Source: Lingula anatina (Eukaryota > Animalia > Brachiopoda). From it: 64,000 bases of DNA. Below, in pieces: positions 37,601 to 51,460 of this stretch. A program made the translations under genes and the position numbers. How positions within the stretch are numbered: the first letter of the stretch is position 1; each line of letters starts with the position of its first letter. Below the pieces are notes generated by a model. The model saw only the letters and a program-made list of their open reading frames with translations. It did no database searches and had not been told where the DNA came from. Location: assembly GCA_051362555.1 (NCBI GenBank), contig CM120648.1, forward strand, positions 5,700,587-5,764,586. Direction: 5' to 3'.

Positions 37601-38258
37601 AGTTTATTACCATGCTTTCTAATCAAGTATACATATACATAACAAATAATCGGGGTTATCCACAAGAAGTAGCCCTTGAAAACACGTAGCCTTAATGAAA
37701 TCAATCATGTGTCCAGTTCAGCGTAACATACAGACATGTACCGGTGTAACGTGACAGAGAGTTCCCAATGATAGAGAGCTCCCTTCCCTTTCATTAATTT
37801 GCATAGGTAAGCCTCTCCCTAGATTCTGACACACTTAGGTACATGTACAGGCTCATCCTAACCATTATAACTGAATGGACGGCGGACGTCCTGTTACCCT
37901 CAGTTTCGTTACACCGGTATATGTGCATGTCCATGTACAATGCAAAACAACGGTAATAACCAGGCTCTCGTAAATGTACCTGCAATCTACATGATATTTG
38001 CAAGTAGTTCAGCAGAATAATACGACCAGGTCGCTCTACCGCTTATTATATATAAACTATTAAATTTTAGGATATATTTATCCAAATATCAAAATTAAGT
38101 CTATGATGCCGAAAGGAGATTGCACATTCTTGTGCTCGTTAGGGTATAAGCACTATAATAACGGGTTAGCGAGAATTTTTGATAGTAATCAACATTAGTT
38201 ATACACACGTGGGTGATTATTTTGCAGCGACCCTCATTTCTGAAGTGTTTCAAGAGCG

Positions 38259-40444
38259 TCAGAACCAAGCTACGTACAGCCCCATCACTCTCCTAAGGAG
38301 CGCATTAGTAAACACACCGTAAGGGTCAAGTGATTTTCTAATATTTAAGAAGACTCTCAGGTCGTCGCCGTAGATGTTTCTGGCCCTCTGTTGGAGATCG
38401 GGGTAGATGTCCAGTAGTTTCGCCCAGTGGGGTGCGCCACCTTTGATGCCAACGGAGTCACTCTCCCATGCGGAAATTATCTGAATTTTAAACAAAATGC
38501 ATCCTAAATATCCAGCTTTAATACTACAAAAGCGCTGTATTTGTTGAGTTTATTTTTCAAGACAAGGCTTGTATTAAAATAAGATAAGGAAAACAGCTAT
38601 TCAAGAGTATTGAGAATAAGCGTCAATTTAGAGGACAGTATCTGCAAGATGGGTTTCGACGCATGACATTGTACCATTAAAGATATATTTTACAAAAAGA
38701 AATGAAGAAATAAATAAAATAAAATGAAAAATGTATGCAGGAGATTACCGGGTATATGTTAACAATTCCAAATTGACTAAGAATATGAGAATCCTCATGT
38801 TAGATATTAAAACACTCATCTTAATTTTAGGTTTAAAATATTTTTATCACTTAATTCAAACTCCGTATTCACTATCCGTATGTTTCCTCTAGGCTATTTT
38901 ATATATGTGCGTGAGTGTGTGTGTGTTAGAGAGAGAGAGGCTGCGTACGTGCGCACATACGGTAAATTATATGTAGCATTATAATATACCTTTGTATAAA
39001 TATCCCTACTACGTTGAAGCTCATTAGAGTTTGTCCACTTTGACTCGAGGTTAAATGTCCCAAAGACGTCCCCAGTGGCTGCGAGCTGACCAGAAGGCAC
39101 CCTGATCCAAGCAGACGGAAGTGACGTAGCACATAGGTGGCAGATGGTACTGCGGACCCATCGGAAAAGGTTGTCGTGCAGATTTTGAACGCCATCCTTG
39201 CGCGACTCGTGATTAAGCGTTGACGCTAGAGACTGAAAGATTATTATTTTCTCAGTGAAAGAACTGGTGCCGTAATTTTGTCACGAATCAGTATTATTCC
39301 TCAAATATTTCATACATAGGTGATAAATTGGATTTTTCATACATACCCTTGAATTAACTACACTACTCTCAGTGAGTCAAAATTTTTACTGTAATAGCCA
39401 GCGAAAACTTACCCGAATGGCTGCGGCGCCTGCAGTGAAATCAGGGTCGGGAAAGTCGTACTCTGTAATGACCAAATTATATGGCCAGGCAGGCACATGA
39501 ACGGCTTTATGTAATGGTACTACTTGGGAGGGAGGAAGCACCAAGCGAGTCTTAAAAACTGCCTATTATAAAGAAACATATAAGATAACAAATTTGAACA
39601 CATTACCATGCAGAGGGGCAAATGAAAATACATGCTAAAAGTTATAACAGGCAAAATGTTATGCCTGTTGGTTAAATCTCATATATCTAGTAATTTGTCT
39701 GATCATTGACGGCCATTTTGGAATTTCTGAAAATATTTCAACACAAATAAATACAAACCAAGAGTCTTGTTAAAGCTACATGTACATTTCTGATGAATAA
39801 TAGAGGCGATCTACACTTTGCACGGTGCCCACAGTTTATTAGGGATACGTCTGGGGCAAAAAAAGCAGTGTTACCTCGTTTGTGTGACAAAAATGCCAGT
39901 AATGTATTGGTAAGTGTAGAGTTATGCGGGGTTAAACTGTTACGGTCTGCTTGTTTTAGTGACCCTTACATGAAGCACACACAGGTGTGGAGTAACGCAT
40001 GCAGTGCGTGCCCCCGACTTTGGATTCAATTTTGCTACCCAACAACCCAAGAGGGATTGCAATACTCGTATGGACATAAATTCGCCCCAATTATTATCCC
40101 AATTACCTAGTTATTTCGTAGAGGATAAACAGTAAATTATAAATTAAAGCCTGGTGTAGACTATATATATATCTCAATTTTTTGCATGCATACAGAAAAC
40201 ATTCCAATACAAGCCTGTGACCTTCATTCTTAAGACCGCCATCTAGTGTCCAACAAGGCCTCGATGTACTAGTCAAGCCATCATAAAGACATCCATTTAT
40301 TTTTTGCTGGGTTGAAAATCGATACTGTCCGGATTTGCTCCACAGTTAAAACGAGACGTGACAACTCGGATGCAGGGATTTCGTGTCAATTCCGTGTCTT
40401 TAAATGTAAAGCAGAGTAAGGGAATCTCTACGTATGGAAACACA

Positions 40445-40500
<56 letters not shown>

Positions 40501-43500
40501 GAGGTGTTTTGGGATATATAGATGGGTTATTATACTGGGGTAGATATATTTTCATACATGTCAACTCTCCCGGATAAACCGGGAGTCTCCCGGATACAGA
40601 TCGAATCTACCGGTCTCCCGTACGGGTAACCAAATTTTCGGAAAAAAACGACTTTGAAAATTTGCACCACTGTCATTTAACGTCCTGTCTCAAATACTCA
40701 GGAAACAGTGACAATACTAATAACCCCATGTGGTAGATAAGGGGAACTGACAGAGGAGCTAACATGATGACTGCTAGGGTGAGGTAAGCTCAAGCAAATA
40801 CCCGGTAGCTCGGAGATACGCTTTGTGGCAAGAAAGAACGACACATCTTGAATGTAAACGCGCCTGAAGGTCACTGACCTGTCCTTGTGACACCACTGTG
40901 ACGTTATACGAGGACGGACGTTCATCTGTGATCTGTATTGTTGCTGGACTTGAAACAGGGTTAACGATTCTGAAATTTAACAACATCGGGATTGATGTTT
41001 ACTACTGAGAAAACTTCTATTAAGTTATGGGTTGCATTCATGGTAATTGAAGGCACAATATCAAGATTTTGAGCGAAAAGTCTAATAATTGCTGATGCAA
41101 ATACTATGAGATTTCTGGTTCACGAAAATATGTGGTTCGAATTTGCGACTGTTTAAATGCACCGGTTAATTCTTGTAGAATTCCTCTATATCTACTAGCT
41201 AATCCGTCGTCAACCAGGAAAGTTGCGTGTTGCTTTAAGTGCCCAGCTGGTTAAGACAAAGTAGTCGTTTTGAGATATCCGTGCTAACTTAAGCCATTAT
41301 CATTAGACGAAAAATTCGACCTTTAACTTACTCTAACAATGCCAAATCGTTTCCGCAGTCCCATGTTTCGGGTACCAATCCTGTTTTTAGTACCTCCTGA
41401 GCCTCTGCCTCCGTCAGGGAGTTGTAGGGGTCATGCCAAATGTTGACGTGATAGTTCCCGGCCACGACGTCCCGTAGAAAATTAGGGTCATAGAGATTTT
41501 TCAGTGGGGTGAACACGTTTTTATGGACAACGTTCACTTGTGGGATCACCTATATGATATGAAAATGGCAAAATAATGATAAACGGTTTACTTCTAGGAT
41601 TTTCTTGTAAATATCCTGCGATGTACCACGACGAAGTAGTGTGTGGTCCTAAGCGCTGTGTACCTTTTATACAGCAGGAAGATAGAGCTACGTACCAAAA
41701 TGATTGAGACCAAATGAGAAATAACGCTCAAAATAATAATAATAACAACGAGTGTTTATACCAAAGCTACAAACGCATCCCTCGACACTCACTTTCAACT
41801 CGACTTCGAACAAAATTCCGAGCAGCCCCAAATTACATCGCAGTGCTTTCATTACTTCGGGGTGTGTGTCTTCCCTGAATTCCCTGATGTTCCCCCATCC
41901 GTCTACCAGCCTCGCGCTGACTAAGAAAGCCCCCATGGAAGCTGAATTGTAAAAACCAGCCTGAAATAAAAACGATGTGATTAATTTTCACCAACATTGA
42001 GTTTTTGTCTTGATTGTACATGTGCACTGCATGCATGCATTTTCGCTCAGTATTTTCGTTAAAAATTAGTTTAGTTGCAAAATCTATTCGATCATTTGAT
42101 GCCACAAATCAACCTCATTTCACACAAACACACAAAAAAGAAAAAGAGGTAACAAACATACAAGCAAAAAAAAAGAAAAAAAAAAACTTTGCTGTATGGA
42201 ACCCAAAGGAAGCATATTACGTGTGATCCCGTTCCGAGAGCACCAGCTATATGTGGTTCGTTAATGAGGGGTCCGTAAGGGAAGTTGTGACCTAAAGCAT
42301 CCAACTTTTGGTCAAAGTTTTCTTGGGACAGGCCGGCAGCGACTCTCACGGTGGCATGTGTATCGGAGGGTCCCTGAAAAACGACACTAGTTTTCACGTT
42401 TCATGATTAAAATTATTGGCTTGACAAATTTAATTGCATCAGCTTCTCATCTTGTCCCCTCAATTTAAAATTATAGATGATGCTGATATGATATAAAAAA
42501 TGTAGAGTGAGACGATCAACCCAAAGTACGGAACAAGATGGGCATTAACGAAGGCTAACACGTTTCAGAATTAAATGAACAGTTAAATCAAAATATGGTC
42601 GATGGCAGCAAGTATGTGTGTGAAAAAGCTCTCGTAGCCCCATGGGTTTGAATATATTTACAAGCAGTTTGCATAAACATGATAATTAAAATGCAAGTAG
42701 GCCCTGCTTAATGGGGCTTTGAGTTGGACACTTAAGGAGGCTGCTGCTAATATTACAAATGCCATTTTGCCCCAGCGATTTATATAAAATGAGTACAACT
42801 AAATCTAAAGACTATAGATGATAATAACATTACATTCTATTTGGGTTTTTTAAACCACCCTGAAATGACACTAACAAAATATAAGATGAAATAAATACAT
42901 TAATTACATGTTAATTATAAACAAAATGAAAATGAAAATACAAATATCCTACAAATGAAAAATAAAACAAAAACAAAACTCGCCCTGGAGCCCTTATATG
43001 GGTGACTGTAGATCTTGGTACATAGTAAAGGTAGAAAAAGCACAAAACACCCAAACCCAATATAGAGGTGCATTTCACATGCTGAAGTGTCAAAATATAA
43101 AAATGAATGAATTCAAAATTGTATTCAATATTTCAAAACATATATGTGTATAGAACAAAAACCCACGACTGTGTCAACTGAAATTCAACTTTTGATTTTT
43201 ACCATATCTTTAACATTAAGCAAAGAGACCTATATGGTAACGTATGTTCCAAAAAACGTACGGTAACGTATGTTCTTGCCACTTAATTTTCATTTTTATG
43301 CCGCGTTCCGATATGTTTTTTACTGGTTCAGTCATGGCAAATTAGACATGACGTAAGGACGTTTTTACAAATATTTAAACTGTATCTCAAGGGGCTTTGC
43401 GTCATGGCTCATACTAGGTAACGTATGTTCCCTAGAAAAATTGTCAAAATGTTTCATTTTGTTCAAGTACTTGTGTGCAAAAGATACAATGTTTTCTTTT

Positions 43501-44471
43501 GCTGACCGAACAATATATTGTGGTTCCATAATAGTTTGACATTTCTGATATAACCTTTGGATCATGAAGGGAAACATGTTTATTTAATGCTTATTTTACT
43601 GTCGGTAGGGTGCATTTTTCCCCATAATTTATTATTCTGTGACAAGCAAACTTAAGTCGCTCAAAAACAATTAACTGGTCTATACAGAAGATTATTATAA
43701 TTTTTAACAACGTTATACTTGTAGGAGATAAATCAATGAACAAAACCAGTGATGACTGAATTTTCAAAGTGAGTAGAACGTTTCACAGTTGGACGTTTTG
43801 TATTTGTGACAGTAACGTATGTTCCTTTTTGGGGTTAAACAATGAATTGTTTTTAATTAATCATGGTTCCAGGAGAGTGAAACTTTTATACAAGCTTCTT
43901 CATGTGGGACCCTAAAATAATAAAACACAGTTAGCAATCTGTGCAGTAAATATTTTTAATAACATGCTTGTGACATCAATTGCACCTCTATATTGGGTTT
44001 GGGTGAAAAGCATATACTTTGATTAATGTCTAGGTTGCATTCATTTAACTAAACAACATATGTACAATATACACCATACCGTAACACCCAGCTACGTAAA
44101 CAGAAAAGAACAAGTAGGTGCAAACTAAATTACTGGGAACTATTTTATTGACTCTGTTGACTTGTAAATAATCGTCGGTTTAATATTTGGAAGCAAACCA
44201 TCGGTATAAAATCCGGTCTATCGAATAAACTGAGATACATGGAGCTATTTTGTTGACTTGCACACAGTATTCGATCCCCCATCAAGGAGCACGGTATCTT
44301 TTTCTCGCTGAAATCTTTTGTAGATTCGTAATGATACTTTAACCAAACAGACACGTCACGTTCGGATCACGTGGGGAGCACGTTGCTACCACATTATAAC
44401 GTCATAGCACCGTACGCGTGCTAGCCACGTGATCCGAACGTGACGTGTTTGCTGGGAAGCATGTTTAATAT

Positions 44472-44511
<40 letters not shown>

Positions 44512-45991
44512 CGAGAGAGATATTATACACTGTTTTCATATAATTGTTTTCCACTTAAATGATAAGCTATAAGCTTATTATTTCTATATGATTACACGGT
44601 AGTTTGTTATGCAAAAGCCTTCCATGCTTATAACCTCTGGAGAAATCTGTTGTGTGTGTTGAGTTTCAAAATAGAAGGGCATCTCAAATGAAGATGCATG
44701 TAGATGAGCACAAGGATGAGCACAAGGACTGCCGGTAACAACAACTTACCGCTGGCTTGAGAACTACTGACTGCCCGTCATCTAGGGTCAGGTCCGTCAG
44801 ATTGAGATAGATTTGTCCCCGGTCTCCGTAGAGAGGAGATATAGAGTGACTACTGCCCATGGCACGGACTTGTCTTCTGTATGAAAGAGCAGCCCTGACT
44901 ATTCTCTGGATCTAAAAATATTATATTATATTATATACCGGTTTTTATTTTCTAATCAACCAAATACGGGTTGATTTGAATTTTCACTACTGTTAAAACA
45001 CACGCCTGATTAACATGCACGTTGATGGGGAATAAGCATTTTGTGCCTCAGACGTGGTTTTATAGGTCAAATCTATTTAATGAAATAGCTATGAATTGCA
45101 TATAGCAATAATGAAAATAATTAAATAAAAATAATAAAAGAGAATTTTGGGGAATTTCAAAATTTTCCAACAATTTTCAAAACCATCCATGGCCATAAGC
45201 CCGTTTTTGAATCACACTTGTACGCAGTAAGTGAAAAACTTTGTTGGTTTCACTCGTGACTGGAACTTATGGACTAAAAAAACTGATCTGACAACGGCTG
45301 TACATGTACCTACCTCTTCCGATGATTTGGGTTTGGCGACAAACACGTGGTCGTAACTGACAACCTGCGCCCAGTTTGTAAACGAAACCATTTCGATTAC
45401 AGGCGAAGGTCCCACGAATTCCTGCAAACATCTTTGTACAATTTGCAACTGGTGCGTGGTCGAATAGTCTGAAAAAGTAATAAGGCAATGTAAGGTTATG
45501 CATACAATGTACGACTGTTTGGCAAAAAAAGCCCAGTTAAAGATAACATCGACATATATTTTCTCAAAGTGTCACTCCGCTGCAACCCTTAAAACACAAA
45601 TTAGGCATTCATTAAAGAAAGAAAAGGCTTAAAAGGGCTGTCTGATTACCAATAATAGCTAGTAATTGCATAATTTTCAAAGAAAAAAGGTTGAATGTAA
45701 TAGGAGTAGGCATTTTCAGTTGAGATATATATTGACTTACGCTGTCATTAATAAACAAATGTTCACCTGAGAGGACGAGAATCTGCGTGCACTTTACACG
45801 CACACATGGACACAAATTTGCACACAAACGCACACACACACACATGGACACAAATTAGCACACGAACGCACACACACACATGGACACAAATTAGCACACA
45901 AACGCGTGCGCACAAACACACATACAAAATAGCACGTACCTGAGTTAAATAACATGCAGACATAAAGGCAATGAATTGCCGCAACGTACAT
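38259..45991 (-). CDS. FAD-linked oxidase, VAO/PCMH family, GULO/ALO-like (copy B). Exons 45991-45940, 45468-45314, 44911-44750, 42373-42221, 41960-41793, 41549-41332, 40969-40879, 39562-39413, 39232-38990, 38480-38259; about 537 aa
   Basis: Motifs FTNWA...[15 protein letters not shown] (covalent-FAD His motif), [40 protein letters not shown] and [16 protein letters not shown] introns; the summed CDS is 1614 nt in frame. Confidence 0.88.
40446..40497. repeat. Poly(A) run (~52 nt)
   Basis: Direct reading of the sequence. Confidence 0.9.
43048..44005. mobile_element. Non-autonomous TIR DNA transposon in intron 3 of oxidase copy B (4-bp TSD, Sola-like)
   Basis: 25-bp TIRs CACCCAAACCCAATATAGAGGTGCA / TGCACCTCTATATTGGGTTTGGGTG with AAAA on both flanks. 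Internal repeated motif GTAACGTATGTTC. Absent from copy A. Confidence 0.75.
44350..44448. repeat. Short inverted repeat / mini-MITE
   Basis: ACACGTCACGTTCGGATCACGTGG ... CCACGTGATCCGAACGTGACGTGT. Confidence 0.7.
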
Positions 45992-46409
45992 AATTCCCCT
46001 CTGTCTCTGCCGACTCTCTGGGATGGAATGGCATTGGATAGCGATGTGGTCTGCTTGTTACATCAAGGACGCCAGGTGAATTTCTAATTAGGATGCCTTG
46101 TTTAACCCATCTCGGGCTATAAGATTTGAAAGGGAACGGATACACGGTAAAGGGCATTTTCAAAATGTAATTTGAGCAGTTACAACGTACATGAGCTTAC
46201 GCGTTTTTTTTTTTTTTTTTTTTTTTTTGCTTTTGTGAGAGTGTCACTGCATATCCCACAATTTTCTGTTAAAATAATACATCCATAAACCACAAGTCAT
46301 TTGAATCCTATAATATATTCAGTGTTATTAATTTTAATTAATGTTATTCATTTAAAAAAATGTTTTTAAGAGATAGAAAGGCCCATGGCAGAGAGCAGGG
46401 AAAATACCT

Positions 46410-46558
46410 GGGCCCCGTATCTCGAAAGCATCGCGTATTGCGAATAGCGATATCACATAGAGGCTACACTGTAATGCGAATAGCAAGTATGGGCGAGTTA
46501 TGGAATCGAGACGATTGCGCACGGTCACAATGCGCGATGCTTTCCAGATACGGGGCCC
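46410..46558 (+). mobile_element. MITE, GGGCCCCGTATCTCG family (Harbinger/Tourist-like)
   Basis: TIRs GGGCCCCGTATCTCGAAAGCATCGCG / CGCGATGCTTTCCAGATACGGGGCCC in a CTG flanking context; four copies occur in the window. Confidence 0.8.
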
Positions 46559-47458
46559 TGATTTCCATGGGCATTGTTTGCGTTGTGATTGCTGTGATGA
46601 TTTGCAATAAAATACCTTGCGCTTTAATTGCAACATATTATTTCTCAACTAACACAATGCCGTTCGTTCTCAATGCTGTTTGAAACTGGGTGACCAGATG
46701 AATAAAACGTAACAAAAGTAAACAAAATAAAATATAAGTTATCAGTGCAAGTAGATATATATTATCCAGAGTTGAAGTTTTCCTTTTTGTATCTAAGGCA
46801 TCATTTGTATGAACACTTTAAAATATCAATGAACTTAGTATAATTAGTAAATGTATAACTTTTTTTGGTGATGCTCTATCGAGATCTTTGATTATGAACT
46901 GTAAAAACATATAAGAAGAACATAAGCATTTCTATATATTTTCAAATTTACCAATTGAAAGGTTGTCTAATTTATTCAGACAAAATGGGTTGTTTCAGTC
47001 AAAAAACATAACTTGCCCTATTTCCATAAATAAATGAATAAATTGATAAAAAGAAATCTAACAATATCAATGTATAAAAAAAGAAAAAAGGAAGAAAAAA
47101 AACAAAAAAAATATTTCAATAGTATTTATTTCATTAATCAGTATTTATTTCATTCATTTTAATCGATCTTGATTACAAAATGTAGTAACGGGAAGTGATT
47201 AAATGTTACTAATACCAAAGCAATAACACATGGTTTAAATCCTAAAATGAGTTTAAAGACGAGACTTCGTTTTTGCGATGTTTGCATCTTAAAAAGGAAA
47301 GAGATTTTTCTTATCTCATACATCAATACAAATCACAATTACCAGACTAAATATTTAAATGCGCAGCATTGCCTTCAATGGCCAGTCAGTAAAACGCACA
47401 ATACGGAACGAAGTTTTGTGTTTACATCTTACTTACGAAACATTAACAAGAAAGCACG

Positions 47459-50400
47459 TCAGAACCTGGCAACGTAAATCCCCAAAACTCTTCTTAAAAA
47501 TGAATTAGTAAACACGCCGTAAGGGTCAAGCGATTTTCTGATATTTAAGAAGACCCTCAGGTCGTCGCCGTAGATGTTTCTGGCCCTGTGTCGGAGGTCG
47601 GGGTAGATGTCCAGTAGTTTCCCCCAGTGGGGTGCGCCACCTTTGATGCCAACGGAGTCACTCTCCCATGCGGAAATTATCTGAATTTTAAACCAAATGT
47701 GCCCTACATATTCAGCTTACTACATACCTGTAAGTGCTGTGTTTGTTGAATTTATCTTTTCTAATCAGCATGTGTTTATAAATAAAATAGGAAAACACTG
47801 CTCAAGAGTATTGAGCGTCAAGTTAGAGATTAGTGTCTGCAGGGTGGATGCATCGACGTACACTGTGCGACATTTCAGATATATTTTCCAATAAATAAAA
47901 AAATAAATAAATAAATAAATAAATTAAATAATAATCATATGAAGGAGACTACAGGGAATTTGTTAACATTTCAACATTGACTACCGAATATGAAAGTTTG
48001 CATTTTAGAAATTAAAACAATCATTTTAATTTTAAGTCTAAAGTATTATTACTTATTGATTCTTCTGGGTTATTTAAAATCTGTGCGTATGTGTGTGTGT
48101 TTGAGAGAAAGAGAGAGAGAGAGAGCGTAAGTGCACACATACGGTATATCATTTGTAGCACTTTAAAATACCTTGGTAAAAATGTCCTTACTACGCTGAA
48201 GCTCATTAGAGTTTGTCCACCTTGACTCGAGGTTAAGGGTTCCAAAGACGTCTCCAGTGGCTGCGAGCTGACCAGAAGGCACCCTGATCCAAGCAGACGG
48301 AAGTGACGTAGCACATAGGTGGCAGATGGTACTGCGGACCCACCGGAAAAGGTTATCGTGGAGGTTTTGGACGCCATCCTTGCGCGACTCGTGATTAAGT
48401 GTTGACGCTAGAGACTGCAAGATAATAATTTTCCTCAGTAAAATAATTATAGTGCTGGAAATCGGTCTTATTTTCTTGCAGCAATAATTGCACGATTTAC
48501 TGAGTACATTTCAATGCACATAATGTACTCACTGCACTTCTAGGCCTACTCTCCAGTTACGTGTTGAATCTTGATTAGACCATTGTCTGAATAGCACTAC
48601 ATTTGAAATTGCAATTATGTTTTAAACTTTTTTAGATATATCAAGTCACATTGTTGCGAGGAGACTATCATTCCTCACATTTAGAATGAATTAGGTCGTT
48701 TTATAAACAAAAGGATTTATATAAATGTCAAATTTAAACGTGAGATTATAAAACAAACGGTTTACGTGTTAGGTCACCATTTATTTGACGGATAATAAAT
48801 CAGTGCCTGTTTTTTTAAGGTAAACATAATTTTCCTCGTTGTTAAAAAATTCCCTTTTAGCAATGGTCATAATAATAAGCATGCAGCCCCACCTTACGAC
48901 ATATACAATGTATATTCATATCTATTGCACGATATACTGTCCAATAAGACCGAAATGCAATAGCCAGCGAAAACTTACCCGAATGGCTGCGGCACTTGCA
49001 GTGAAGTCAGGGTCGGGAAAGTCGTACTCTGTGATGACCAAATTATATGGCCAGGCAGGCCCATGAACGGCCTTATGTAATGGCACTACTCGGGTGGGAG
49101 GAAGAGCCAGACGAGTCTTAAAAACTGCCTATTATAAAGAGACGTATGCGATCAAAAATGAGAAATTTGTACACATCACATACTATTCAGTGGGGCAAAT
49201 AAAAATACATGCAAAGTAATAACAGGCAAAATTCCATGCTATTATGATTTAGTTAAATCTAATATATCCATTAATATATATGTTCATTGACGGCCATTTT
49301 GAAATTCAAAAAATGTTTTAATATGTCAAGCAACACAAATAAATACAAACCAAGTTTCTTGTTATACAGTAGCAAATTATTTCAGGATAACTGACAGCCT
49401 AGATATTTTTCATACAAAGTCCTTGAACAAAAGGTTAACTATCTGCATCTTTGTCTTAACCTTTTGATCTTTAAATGGCTACATGTACAATGAATAATAG
49501 AGGCGATCTACACTTTGCACGCCGTGACAGTGCTCACCTTTATTAGTGATACTCCTGTGGTAGAAAAAAAAAACAAAAACAAAACAAAAACAAACAGCAG
49601 TGTTACCTCGTTTGTGTGACAAAAATGTCAGGAATGTATTGGTACATGTAAGTGTAGAGTCATAGGGGGTTAATATGCTACGGCCTGCTTGTCTTTGTGA
49701 CCCTTACATGTATAACACACACAGATGTGGAGTAACGCATGCAGTGCGTGCCCCCTACTTTGGATTCAATTTTGCTACCCAACAACCCAAGAGGGACTGC
49801 AATGGTTATATAGAAGTAAATTGGTCCCAGTTATAAGTGATTCTTTAGCAGATAAACAGTAAAGTATAAAACGTGGTGTAGGCTACATATCTAGAAACTT
49901 TATTTCGCATGCATGTAGAAAACATCCCAATATCTTAATTTTAAAAGCCTGTGCCTTTAATTCTTTAATTCGCTAGCTGCTGTCCAATAAGACCTTGGAT
50001 TAAACTCATCAAAACTCATTAAATTCATTGATATAATAGCTCGGAGATATGTGTCAAGAGAGATCGACACATTTTTAATGTACATGTAAACGCGCCTGCA
50101 GTTCACTGACCTGTCCTTGTGACACCACTGTGACGTTATACGAGGATGGACGTTCATCTTTAATCTGTATTGTTGCCGGACTTGAAACAGGGTTAACCAG
50201 CCTGAAAAAGACATCAGAATTAATATGTTTACTGCTGGCAAAAATTATATAAACTTATGGGTCGTTTCCAGGGTATTTGAAGGTACAATATCTAGATTTT
50301 GAGCGACAAAAAGTCAAATAGTTGCCGACGCAAATATTATGAAATTACTCATTCACATACGACGAACATATGTGGTTCGAACTTGCGATTGTCTTCATGC

Positions 50401-51355
50401 ACCGGCAATTCTTGTAGAATTGCTCTATATCTTCCGCAGCCAATCTGTCGTCAAACCAGGAAAGTTGCGTGTCGCTTTAAGTTCCCAGTGACAATACTGA
50501 GCAGTCTATAATCCCTTACAATTTGACAAAAAAATTGACAATTTACTTACTCTAACATTGCCAAATCGTTCCCGCAGTCCCATGTTTCGGGAACCAATCC
50601 TGTTTTTAGTACCTCCTGAGCCTCTTTCTCCGTCAGGGAGTTGTAGGGGTCGTGCCAAATGTTGACGTGATAGTTCCCAGCCACGACGCCCCGTAGAAAA
50701 TTAGGGTCATATAGGTTTCTCAGTGGGGTGAACACGTTTTTATGGACAACGCTCACTTGTGGGATCACCTTTTATACGAAAATGGCAGAATAATGATAAA
50801 AACGGTTTACCACTATGATTTTCTTGAAAACATTCTGTGATGTACCTTTGTGCAGTGTTCCTAGACAGTATGCACCTTTTATAAATCGGGTGCATATACT
50901 TTTAAAAATCGAGCTACTAAACGTACCAAAATGGTCGTGACGAAATAAAGAATAATGATAATTATAATAATGCATTGCATCAAGTGTTTATAGACATTTA
51001 CTGTGACCGCGTTCCTCGAAACTCACTTTCAACTCAACTTCGAACAAAATTCCAAGCAGCCCCAAATTACATCGCAGTGCTTTCATTACTTCGGGATGTG
51101 TGTCTTCCCTGAAGACTCTGATGTTCCCCCATCCGTCTACCAGCCTCGTTCCTACCAAGAAGGCCCCCACTGAGGCTGAATTATAAAATCCCGCCTGAAA
51201 ATCAAAGAACGTACTTTATTTCCACAAACACTGACTACTTGCCTTCATTATGTTTTACTACGTAGGCATGCATGTATGTTCGCTCAGTATTTGCGGTTAA
51301 AATTGTTAAAACTATGCAATCTTTTGATAATTACTACCAGTGAATTTAGGATTCA

Positions 51356-51396
<41 letters not shown>

Positions 51397-51410
51397 AGCA
51401 CGCACGCGCG

Positions 51411-51460
<50 letters not shown>

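Noticed and set aside
45612-45984. Cys/Val- and His/Thr-rich ORFs here and at 13621-13868, 51276-51570 and 52986-53195
   Set aside because: They are translations of (CA)n/(TG)n microsatellites.
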